DNA of 64,000 bases from Vicinamibacterales bacterium. Lineage in GTDB: Bacteria; Acidobacteriota; Vicinamibacteria; Vicinamibacterales; UBA8438. Below, piece by piece: positions 1-7,957 of the stretch (position 1 is the first letter of the stretch; every line of letters starts with the position of its first letter). Below the pieces are notes generated by a model. The model was not told the DNA's origin. It saw nothing but the letters and a program-made list of their open reading frames with translations, and did no database searches. The stretch lies in contig OZ241898.1 in the NCBI GenBank assembly GCA_965203525.1, forward strand, positions 640,176 through 704,175, in the 5' to 3' direction. The translations under genes were made by a program, and so were the position numbers.

Positions 1-427
1 GGCGCGCGTCCTCCCGCATCGGGATGGCGACGCCGTCCCCGTACACCGAGGAGCTCGAGGCATAGACGAACCGCTCGAGCGGACGGTCCAGGCACGCCTC
101 GAGCAGCACCTGCGTCGCCTCGACGTTGGAGGCGGTGTACAGGGCGAAGTCCGTTCCCCAACTGCTGCGCACCCCGGCCTGCGCCGCGAGGTGGAACACG
201 TGCGTCACGCCGTCGAGCAGCGCGGGCCACGGCGCGTCCTGGATGCGGGACTCGACGAACCGGAAGCGCGCCCGCGCGCGCGGCGACGACAGGTTGGCCT
301 CCTTCACCGCGCGCGGGTAGTAGTCGGTGAAGCAGTCGATGCCCACCACCTCGTGGCCCTGCTCGAGCAGCCGGTCGGACAGATGCGAGCCGACGAAGCC
401 GGCGGCGCCGGTGACCAGGGCCCTCAC
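1..427 (-). CDS. NAD-dependent epimerase/dehydratase (extended SDR). Only the N-terminal part is present; the gene continues past the window start.
   Basis: My own minus-strand translation from GTG at 425-427 gives VRALVTGAAGFVGSHLSDRLLEQGHEVVGIDCF...HLAAQAGVRSS...YASSSSVYGD. It has a TGxxGxxG Rossmann motif and the extended-SDR YASSSSVYG block. The start overlaps the thioesterase stop (GTGA). It is absent from the ORF track because it runs off the window. Confidence 0.8.
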   Translation of the reverse strand, partial: MRALVTGAAGFVGSHLSDRLLEQGHEVVGIDCFTDYYPRAVKEANLSSPRARARFRFVESRIQDAPWPALLDGVTHVFHLAAQAGVRSSWGTDFALYTASNVEATQVLLEACLDRPLERFVYASSSSVYGDGVAIPMREDAR

Positions 428-819
428 GTCAGCATCGCCTGCAGGTCGGGGGGAACCCGGCGCAGCCTGCCGGAAGGATCCGTGGCGGCATGGACGGTGT
501 GTCCGACCGCGAGCAGGATCCGGTCGGCGCGCCGTCGGACCTCGTACTCGAACGCCACCCGCGCGCGGGAGCGCATCGAGCCGCTGGCGACGACGTCGAG
601 GTCGTCGTCGTAGCGGGCCGGGGCGCGGTAGTTGCAGGACGCTTCCACCACGGGGAGCAGCACGCCGTTCGCCTCCAGATCCCGGTAGCGGCCCCCGAGC
701 GACCGCAACAACTCGCAACGCGCCACCTCGAACCAGACGAAGTAGTTGGCGTAGTAGGCCACTCCCATCCTGTCGGTTTCCGCGTAGCGCACACGAATCT
801 GACACGCGCTGGTCGGCAC
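424..819 (-). CDS. Acyl-CoA thioesterase, YbgC/4HBT hotdog family
   Basis: 131-aa ORF. The N-terminus IRVRYAETDRMGVAYYANYFVWFEVAR is typical of the 4HBT/YbgC family, including the catalytic Asp. Amino-acid composition is ordinary. Confidence 0.85.
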   Translation of the reverse strand: MPTSACQIRVRYAETDRMGVAYYANYFVWFEVARCELLRSLGGRYRDLEANGVLLPVVEASCNYRAPARYDDDLDVVASGSMRSRARVAFEYEVRRRADRILLAVGHTVHAATDPSGRLRRVPPDLQAMLT

Positions 820-825
820 GGCCTG

Positions 826-1533
826 CTATGCGTTCTGCGCCGCCGGCGCGCCCGCGGGCAGGCCCGCGAGGGCCCGGTCGCGGAGGTTCCGGGTGGCCGC
901 GGCCGGGTCCGCCGTCCCGAAGATGGCCGACGCGGCGACCAGGATCTCCGCGCCCGCGTCGACGACCCGCGCGGCGTTCGCCGGGCCGACGCCGCCGTCG
1001 ATCTCGACCGGCGCGCGGTTCCCGGCCCGATCGAGCAGGCCGCGAACCTCCCGGACCTTCGACACGCTGCCGGGAATGAACGGCTGGCCCGCGGCGCCGG
1101 GGTCGACGGACATCACGACGACGTAGTCGACCGCCCCGGCCACCGCCGCCAGGGCCCCGGCCGGGGTGCCGGGATTGATGGCGACGCCCGCCGCCGCCCC
1201 CAGCGCGCGGATGGTCGAGAGCGTGCGATGCAGGTGCGGCGAGGCCTCCAGATGCACGGAGACCATCGCGGCCCCGGCCGCGATGAACGCCTCCACGTGG
1301 CGTTCCGGCTCGACGACCATCAGATGCACGTCGAGCGGCGCGGCCGCCGTGCGCTCGAGCGCCTCGACGACCGGCAGGCCGACCGTGATGCGCGGGACGA
1401 ACCGCCCGTCCATGACGTCGACGTGCAGCAGGTCGGCGCCGCCGCGCTCGACGGCGCGCACGGCGGCGCCGAGCGAAGCGAAGTCGGCGGCGAGGATCGA
1501 GGGTGCGACACGGACGTTCGCACGGGCCGTCAA
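826..1533 (-). CDS. rpe: Ribulose-phosphate 3-epimerase
   Basis: The C-terminal 235 aa of the 374-aa ORF read APSILAADFASLG...LLHVDVMDGRFVP...MSVDPGAAGQPF. There is no ATG or GTG near the conserved start. TTG at 1531-1533 overlaps the upstream TGA (TTGA), which fits the coupling seen through the operon. The upstream part of the ORF is Arg-rich junk. Confidence 0.88.
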   Translation of the reverse strand: MTARANVRVAPSILAADFASLGAAVRAVERGGADLLHVDVMDGRFVPRITVGLPVVEALERTAAAPLDVHLMVVEPERHVEAFIAAGAAMVSVHLEASPHLHRTLSTIRALGAAAGVAINPGTPAGALAAVAGAVDYVVVMSVDPGAAGQPFIPGSVSKVREVRGLLDRAGNRAPVEIDGGVGPANAARVVDAGAEILVAASAIFGTADPAAATRNLRDRALAGLPAGAPAAQNA

Positions 1534-2252
1534 CGGCTCACCTCGAGCGAGATCGTGTCGCTCTGGGCAATCTGCAGGCCCGGTTCCGGGGCCTGCCGGA
1601 GCACGATGCCGGCCGCGACTCCCGGATACGGGTGATCGCCGACCACCGTCACCCGGAAGCCTCGCGCGCGCAGCACGTCGGCGGCTCCGTCGCCGGCGAC
1701 GCCGATGAGGTTGGGCATCACGTACGTCCGGCCGCGCTCTCCCCGGTTGACCAGCAGCGAGACCGCATCGCCGTTGCCGGCGGGAGGAGGATCCTGCGCC
1801 ACGACGGCGTCGGTCGGATACCGGTTGGAGCGGATCTCGGCGACGCTTTCCAGGAGGAAGACGTTGTCGCGCAGCCGCTGCCGCGCCCCCGCCTCCGATT
1901 CGCCGATGAGCGCCGGCACCTCGCCCCGGTTCGGGCCCGAGCTGAGCCACAGCTTGACGCTGCGCCGCCGCCGCGTCGTGACGCCGGGCCGCGGGTCCTG
2001 CTCGGCGACCAGCCCCGCATCGATCGCCGGGTGAATCCGGCGCAACGGCTCGATGCGCGTATGCAGTCCCGCCGCGGCGAGCATGCGGCCGGCTTCCCGC
2101 GGCGGCAGGCCCCGCAGATCCGGCGTCGGGACCGCGCGCGCCCGCAACGCGAGCTGCATGCCGGCGAAGGCGGAGAGCCCGAACGTTGCGCAGAGCGCGC
2201 CGGCGACGACGACGGACCTGATGGCCGCCGACAGTCGAGCACGGAGTCGCAT
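1530..2252 (-). CDS. Stand-alone PASTA-domain protein with an N-terminal membrane anchor
   Basis: ATG at 2250-2252. MRLRARLSAAIRSVVVAGALCATFGLSAFAG is a TM segment. It is followed by repeated PASTA-like modules (VPDLRGLPPREA..., VPALIGESEAGARQRL..., VMPNLIGVAGDGAADVLRARGFRV...). The rest of the 547-aa ORF is Arg/Gly junk. Confidence 0.75.
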   Translation of the reverse strand: MRLRARLSAAIRSVVVAGALCATFGLSAFAGMQLALRARAVPTPDLRGLPPREAGRMLAAAGLHTRIEPLRRIHPAIDAGLVAEQDPRPGVTTRRRRSVKLWLSSGPNRGEVPALIGESEAGARQRLRDNVFLLESVAEIRSNRYPTDAVVAQDPPPAGNGDAVSLLVNRGERGRTYVMPNLIGVAGDGAADVLRARGFRVTVVGDHPYPGVAAGIVLRQAPEPGLQIAQSDTISLEVSR

Positions 2253-2293
2253 CCGGCTTTCAGTGTAGAGGAGGTGCGGGCGGCCGAACAAGG

Positions 2294-3673
2294 TCAGCCG
2301 CGCCGGCGCGCGAGCACGGCGGCGAAGAACGCCTCGACGCCGTCGCGAAACGGCAGCGTGCGGAGGCAGCCGTCGCGGTCGAGCGGCGGCGCGCCGGCCG
2401 GCAAGGTGTCCGGGACGGCCGGCGTGAACCGGGGGTCGCCGGCCCGGAACCGCGCGACGACCTCCTCGTTCTCTTCCGGCTCGCTCGAGCAGGTGGCGTA
2501 GACGAGGCGGCCGCCCGGCCGCACGGCCTGCGCGGCGCGCCGCAGCATCCGGAGCTGCGTGGCCGCGAACGCCGCCGGATCCGCCGGGGAACGGCGCCAG
2601 CGCACGTCGGGGTCGCGGCGCAGGGCGCCGAGGCCCGAGCAGGGGGCGTCCACGAGCACGCGGTCGAAGACGGCGCCGAACGGAAGCGGCGCCGTGGCGT
2701 CGAGCCGCACGATCGCCGCGCGTGCCGGCCGCGCGCGCGCCAGCACGCCGGCCAGCAGCGCCACCCGCCGGGGCCGCAGATCGGAAGCGACCACGAAACC
2801 GCCGGGGCCGGCGTGCCCCGCCAGACCGACCGTCTTGCCGCCGGGCGCCGCGCACAGGTCGAGAACCCGGGCGCCCGGCGCCGGGCGGGCGAGCTCGACG
2901 ACGAGCTGCGACGCCTCCTCCTGCACCAGGAAGCGTCCCTCGGCGGCGGCCGGCGCGGACAGCGGGTCGCCGCGCGTCACCACCAGCCCGTGCGGGGCGA
3001 ACCGGGTGCGGGTGGTGCGCACGCCCTGCTCCGCCAGCGTGGCCTGCAGCTCCGCCACGCTGTTCCTGCCGGTGTTCGCGCGGAGCGTGACCGGCGCCGG
3101 GCGGTTGTCGAACCGCGCCCACGATGCGGCGGCTTGCAGGCCGTGCCGGTCGAGCCAGCGCCCGGCCAGCCACCTGGGGTGCGACAACGTGACGGCGAGG
3201 TAGTCGAGCGCGGCGCGGCGGTTCCGGCCGCGTCCCGCGTCGGCGGCGTCGGCTGCCGGCGGCGCCGCCGGCAGGGTGAACGGCCGCCGGCGATCCGCCA
3301 GGGTGCGCAGCACGGCGTTCACGAAGCCGGCCGCGCGCCCCGCGCCCGCTTCGCGCGCCAGCTCCACGGTGTCGGCGACCGCCGCGTGGGCGGGGACCCG
3401 GTCCAGGTGCAGCACCTGGTAGGCGGCGGCCCGCAACAGGTCGAGCGCGACGGGCGTGATGGCGGACGGGGGGCGCGCCGCGGCCTGCGCGAGGAGATGG
3501 TCGAGCGCGGCCCGCCGGCGCTGCACGCCGACGGCGATCTCGCCGGCGAGTGCGCGATCGCGCGGATCGGGCAGCCGCCGGCGCGCGCGCTCGAGCGCAG
3601 TCCCCAGATCGCTGCGCCCCGTGTGGACGGCGCGGAGCACGCGGTGCGCTGCCCGGCGGGCCGGCGCGGTCAC
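2294..3673 (-). CDS. rsmB: 16S rRNA (cytosine967-C5)-methyltransferase RsmB/Sun
   Basis: NusB-like N-terminal region followed by a SAM methyltransferase: LDLCAAPGGKT, VLVDAPCSGLGALRRDPD, LVYATCS. The GTG start at 3671-3673 overlaps the fmt stop (GTGA). Confidence 0.9.
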   Translation of the reverse strand: MTAPARRAAHRVLRAVHTGRSDLGTALERARRRLPDPRDRALAGEIAVGVQRRRAALDHLLAQAAARPPSAITPVALDLLRAAAYQVLHLDRVPAHAAVADTVELAREAGAGRAAGFVNAVLRTLADRRRPFTLPAAPPAADAADAGRGRNRRAALDYLAVTLSHPRWLAGRWLDRHGLQAAASWARFDNRPAPVTLRANTGRNSVAELQATLAEQGVRTTRTRFAPHGLVVTRGDPLSAPAAAEGRFLVQEEASQLVVELARPAPGARVLDLCAAPGGKTVGLAGHAGPGGFVVASDLRPRRVALLAGVLARARPARAAIVRLDATAPLPFGAVFDRVLVDAPCSGLGALRRDPDVRWRRSPADPAAFAATQLRMLRRAAQAVRPGGRLVYATCSSEPEENEEVVARFRAGDPRFTPAVPDTLPAGAPPLDRDGCLRTLPFRDGVEAFFAAVLARRRG

Positions 3674-4620
3674 CCGGAAACGGTGTCGAACCGGTCGCCC
3701 GGGGACCAGCGGTGGCCGGCGAGAAAGGCCCGCGCGGCGACCCGGCGCCGGCCCGCGGGCTGGAGCTCCAGGATCGCGACGACCCCGCCGTGTCCGGCGG
3801 CGGCCAGCAGGCGGTCCCCGGACGCTTCGAGGATGGTTCCCGGCGGGGGACCGTCCGGGCCGCTGGAGACCGCGACGGCGGTGCGGTGGATGACGTGCCG
3901 GACGCCCCCGAACACGGCGGAGGCGCGCGGCCACGGATGCAGTCCGCGCACCAGGTCGTGGATCGCCGGCGCCGGCGCCCGCCAGTCGATCGCGCCGTCC
4001 CCGCGCGACAGCCGCGGCGCGAACGTGGCCGCCGCGTGGTCCTGCTCGCGCTCGGCCGCCGTGCCGGCCGCGAGGGCGTCGATGACGTCCGGCAGCAGGT
4101 CCGCGCCCAGGCGCGCGAGGTCCGCCTCGACGACGTCGCTCGTCTCGTCGGGCGCGATGGGCCGCCTGCGCCGGGCGAACGTCGGGCCGGCGTCCATCTC
4201 GCGCACCAGGCGCATGATCGTGACCCCGGTCTCGCGCTCGCCGGCGACGACGGCCCGCTGCACCGGCGCGGCGCCGCGGTACTTCGGCAGCAGGGACGGA
4301 TGGACGTTGATGGTGCCGAGGCGCGGGGCGCCGAGCACCGCGTCGGGCAGCAGGCTGCCGTACGCGGCGACGATCGCCAGGTCCGGTTCGAGCGCGGACA
4401 GCGTCGCGAGGAAGGCGTCGTCCCGCGGATCCTCCGGCTGCAGGATCCGCACGCCCCGGGCCGCCGCGATCCGCTTGACGGGCGGTTCGGCGACGCGCCG
4501 CCCCCGCCCCCGCGGACGGTCCGGCCGCGTGACGACGGCGGCCACCCGGTGCGGCGAATCCAGCAGACGGGCCAGGGCCGGGACGGCGAAGTCCGGCGTG
4601 CCGTAGAAGACGACGTTCAC
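3670..4620 (-). CDS. fmt: Methionyl-tRNA formyltransferase
   Basis: VNVVFYGTPDFAVPAL...INVHPSLLPKYRGAAPVQRAV. The GTG start at 4618-4620 overlaps the def stop (GTGA). Confidence 0.93.
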   Translation of the reverse strand: MNVVFYGTPDFAVPALARLLDSPHRVAAVVTRPDRPRGRGRRVAEPPVKRIAAARGVRILQPEDPRDDAFLATLSALEPDLAIVAAYGSLLPDAVLGAPRLGTINVHPSLLPKYRGAAPVQRAVVAGERETGVTIMRLVREMDAGPTFARRRRPIAPDETSDVVEADLARLGADLLPDVIDALAAGTAAEREQDHAAATFAPRLSRGDGAIDWRAPAPAIHDLVRGLHPWPRASAVFGGVRHVIHRTAVAVSSGPDGPPPGTILEASGDRLLAAAGHGGVVAILELQPAGRRRVAARAFLAGHRWSPGDRFDTVSG

Positions 4621-5126
4621 CACTTGCCGGTGCGCCGCAGCTTGTTGATCCTGCGGAGCATCATCTCGCGCCGCACGCCGCGCAGCCGATCCAGGAACAG
4701 CGAGCCGTCCAGATGGTCCATCTCGTGTTCGAAGGCCCGCGCGAGGATCCCCGCCGCCTCGACGTCGCGCTCCGCGCCGTCCCGGCCGAGGCCGCGCACG
4801 ACGGCGCGGGACGGGCGCGGGACGGCGGCGTTGAAGCCGGGGACGCTCAGGCAGCCTTCGTCCTCCCGCTGCACGCCGCCCCGTTCGACGAACGCGGGGT
4901 TGATCATGACGACGAGCGCGCCGGTCTCGCGTCCCGACGACGGATCGGCGACGAAGATCCGCAGAGGCACGCCGACCTGCGGCGCCGCGAGGCCGACCCC
5001 CGACTCGGCGTACATCGTGTCGATCAGGTCGTCGATCAGGCTGTCGATCTCCGGGGTGAGCTCCTCCACATCGGCCGCCGGCCGGTGGAGCACGTCGTCG
5101 CCGTAGCGCAGGATCGGACGAATCAC
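4617..5126 (-). CDS. def: Peptide deformylase
   Basis: 169 aa with the three def motifs: GVGLAAPQVG, EGCLSVPG and HEMDHLDG. Confidence 0.95.
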   Translation of the reverse strand: MIRPILRYGDDVLHRPAADVEELTPEIDSLIDDLIDTMYAESGVGLAAPQVGVPLRIFVADPSSGRETGALVVMINPAFVERGGVQREDEGCLSVPGFNAAVPRPSRAVVRGLGRDGAERDVEAAGILARAFEHEMDHLDGSLFLDRLRGVRREMMLRRINKLRRTGKW

Positions 5127-5140
5127 GCGGGGCGATTGTA

Positions 5141-6247
5141 ATGCGGAAACTTCGATCCCGAGACGCCCGTCCGACGCCGATCCGCGGTGCCCGGCCGCAT
5201 CCGTCCGGGTCCGCGAGGATGGCGCGCGGTTTGCTTGTGACCGGCCGCATGGCGGCAGACAGAGGCTGGGGAGACTTGCGGCGGACGGGTCCGGCGCCCA
5301 CCGGGGTCGCGCGGCTGATCGGCGACAGCGACGCGATGGCCGCGCTGCGGGAAGCGGTCACCCGGGCCGCCGCCGCGCCGTTCCCGGTGCTGATCGAGGG
5401 GGAGAGCGGCACCGGCAAGGAGCTCGTGGCCCGGGCGCTGCACGAGGAGGGGCCGCGGCGCGACGAGACGTTCTCCGCCGTCAACTGCGCGACGTTCAGC
5501 GACGACCTCATCGAGACGGAGCTGTTCGGCCACGCGAGAGGCGCGTTCACCGGCGCCGTGCAGTCCCGCCGCGGGCTGCTGGAAGCCTCTTCCGGGGGCA
5601 CCGTGTTTCTGGACGAGGTCGGAGAGCTGTCGCCGCGCGCGCAGGCCAAGCTGCTCCGCGCCCTCCAGGACGGCGAGATCCGCAAGGTCGGCGAGAACGT
5701 CACCCGCCGCCTCGACCTGCGGGTGGTGGCGGCCACCAACCGGACGCTGGCGGGAGAAGCGGCCCACGGCCGTTTCCGGCGCGACCTGCTGTACCGCCTC
5801 GACGTGGTGCATCTCCAGGTGCCGCCGCTGCGGGACCGGGGCGGCGACGTCGCGAAGCTGGCCGTCCACTACTGGGACCGCACCCTGCGGCAGACGCGCG
5901 GCCGGGCGCGGCTCGCGCGGGAGACGATGACCGCGCTCGCCGCGCACGCGTGGCCCGGCAACGTCCGGGAGCTGCAGAACGTGCTGGCTGCCCTCACCGT
6001 CGCCGCGCCGCCGCACGGCGAGGTCGGACCGCACCTGCTGCCGGCCGCGATCCGCCGCGCCGCCGAGCAACCGCGTCCGACGCTGGCCGAGGCCCGCCGC
6101 GCCTTCGACCGGGCGTTCGTGCAGGATGCGCTGGCCCGCGCCGGGGGGCGGCGCAGTCCGGCGGCGCGCGAACTCGGCCTGTCCCGCCAGGGGCTCGCGA
6201 AGATCGTCGCGCGGCTCGGGCTCCCGGCGCGGCCGGCGCACCGGTAG
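5141..6247 (+). CDS. Sigma-54-dependent transcriptional activator with an AAA+ domain and a C-terminal Fis-type HTH, and no receiver or sensor domain
   Basis: Walker A GESGTGKE, ETELFGHARGAFTGA (GAFTGA loop), Walker B VFLDEVGEL, WPGNVRELQN, and C-terminal ARELGLSRQGLAKIV. The start is uncertain: 5141 leaves only 14 nt to the divergent def start, and in-frame ATGs at 5219 and 5249 are alternatives. Confidence 0.85.
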   Translation: MRKLRSRDARPTPIRGARPHPSGSARMARGLLVTGRMAADRGWGDLRRTGPAPTGVARLIGDSDAMAALREAVTRAAAAPFPVLIEGESGTGKELVARALHEEGPRRDETFSAVNCATFSDDLIETELFGHARGAFTGAVQSRRGLLEASSGGTVFLDEVGELSPRAQAKLLRALQDGEIRKVGENVTRRLDLRVVAATNRTLAGEAAHGRFRRDLLYRLDVVHLQVPPLRDRGGDVAKLAVHYWDRTLRQTRGRARLARETMTALAAHAWPGNVRELQNVLAALTVAAPPHGEVGPHLLPAAIRRAAEQPRPTLAEARRAFDRAFVQDALARAGGRRSPAARELGLSRQGLAKIVARLGLPARPAHR

Positions 6248-6448
6248 GGGGCTCCACGTCGCCGGCCGCCGGCCGCCGGCCGGCCGCGCAAGCCGCCTCG
6301 CAGACGTCGTCACAAGGGGGTGCGGTCGTGCTCGTGACGGCGTGATACAGTGCAGCGGTCGCGCCGCCCGCGGGTGGCGCCCGGAGCCGGCGTCCGGCGC
6401 AGCCCGGCCTGACCGGGGGTGTCGGCGCGGCAGAGCCGGCCGCGTCGG

Positions 6449-7948
6449 ATGGTCTTCAGCTCGCACGTCTTCCTCTTCTGCTTCCTGCCCGCCACGCTGA
6501 TCGTCTATTACGCGCTGCCGCGCCGCGCGCGGCACGCGGCGCTCGCCCTGTTCAGCTATCTGTTCTACGGCTGGGCGAATCCGCTCTTCGTCGTGCTGCT
6601 CTTCACGTCCACCGCGGTCGATTACTTCTGCGGTCTGGCTCTCGCCGGGAGCGGGCCGATCTGGCTCGCGCGGGCGACCGGACGGCGCAAGGCCGCGGCC
6701 CGCTGGGCGCGCCCGATCGGCTTGGTGGACCCGCGCAACCCGGCCGGCGCGCGCCGGCGGCGTTTCGCCGTCGCCCTGTCGCTGACGACCAACCTGGCGC
6801 TGCTGGGATTCTTCAAGTACTTCAACTTCGGCGTCGACACGGTCAACGGCGTCGCCGCCTGGCTCGGCGTGCCGTGGCTGCATCTCGACGCGGCGTTGCG
6901 GGTGACGCTGCCGCTCGGCATCAGCTTCTACACCTTCCAGTCGATGAGCTACACGATCGACGTCTCGCGCGGCCACGCGGCCGCGTTGCGCGGTTTCGTC
7001 GACTTCGCATGCTACGTGTCGATGTTCCCCCAGCTCGTCGCCGGGCCGATCATCCGTTTCGCCGAAGTCGCCGAACAGCTCGCGTTCCGAACCCACACCG
7101 TCACGAAGTGCGCGCGGGGCGTCGCCTTCGTCAGCCTCGGCCTCGCCAAGAAGGTGCTTCTCGCCAACCCCTGCGGCAGGATCGCCGACCTCGCGTTCGA
7201 CGCCGGGTCGATCGGAACCTTCGACGCCTGGTTCGGCGCCGCGGCGTACGCGTTCCAGATCTACTTCGATTTCAGCGGGTACTCCGACATGGCCATCGGG
7301 CTGGGACTGATGCTCGGCTTCGTGTTCCCGAAGAACTTCGACTCGCCGTACCGGGCGCAGTCGATCACCGACTTCTGGCGCCGCTGGCACATCTCGCTGT
7401 CGTCGTGGCTGCGGGACTACCTGTACGTCCCGCTGGGGGGCAGCCGGGCGGGAACCGCCCGGACGTACGCGAACCTGGCGCTGGTGATGCTCCTGGGCGG
7501 TCTGTGGCACGGAAGCTCCTGGACCTTCGTCGTCTGGGGAGGCCTGCACGGGCTCCTGCTGGCGGTCGAACGGTCTTGCGGCGGAGCGGGTCCGTACCGC
7601 TTGCTGCCTGCTCCGTGCAGAACGGCCCTCACCTTCTGCTTGGTGCTCGTCAGTTGGGTCTTCTTCCGCGCCGCGGACCTGGCGGCGGCGGCCGGGTACC
7701 TGCGGAGCATGTTCGGCCTCGAGCCGCACACCGACACGGCGCGCCTGCTCGGACAGGTCCTGTACGAGCCGTACTCGCTGACGAGCTTCGGTTGCGCCGC
7801 CGTCGTCACCTGGGCGGCGCCGCAGACCTGGGACTGGACGCGCCGCCTCACCGCGGCGAAGGCGGTCCTCGTCGCGATCCTGCTGGTGGTCGCCTGCGCC
7901 GTCCTCTCCACCCAGGCGTACAATCCCTTCATCTACTTCATCTTCTGA
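6449..7948 (+). CDS. MBOAT-family membrane O-acyltransferase (AlgI/DltB-like)
   Basis: MVFSSHVFLFCFLPATL... is polytopic. It has SFYTFQSMSYTIDV, FWRRWHISLSSWLRDYLY and the conserved His in LGGLWHGSSW. The ATG at 6449 is chosen over the ORF-track start at 6419. Confidence 0.9.
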   Translation: MVFSSHVFLFCFLPATLIVYYALPRRARHAALALFSYLFYGWANPLFVVLLFTSTAVDYFCGLALAGSGPIWLARATGRRKAAARWARPIGLVDPRNPAGARRRRFAVALSLTTNLALLGFFKYFNFGVDTVNGVAAWLGVPWLHLDAALRVTLPLGISFYTFQSMSYTIDVSRGHAAALRGFVDFACYVSMFPQLVAGPIIRFAEVAEQLAFRTHTVTKCARGVAFVSLGLAKKVLLANPCGRIADLAFDAGSIGTFDAWFGAAAYAFQIYFDFSGYSDMAIGLGLMLGFVFPKNFDSPYRAQSITDFWRRWHISLSSWLRDYLYVPLGGSRAGTARTYANLALVMLLGGLWHGSSWTFVVWGGLHGLLLAVERSCGGAGPYRLLPAPCRTALTFCLVLVSWVFFRAADLAAAAGYLRSMFGLEPHTDTARLLGQVLYEPYSLTSFGCAAVVTWAAPQTWDWTRRLTAAKAVLVAILLVVACAVLSTQAYNPFIYFIF

Positions 7949-7957
7949 ATCCGGGCG

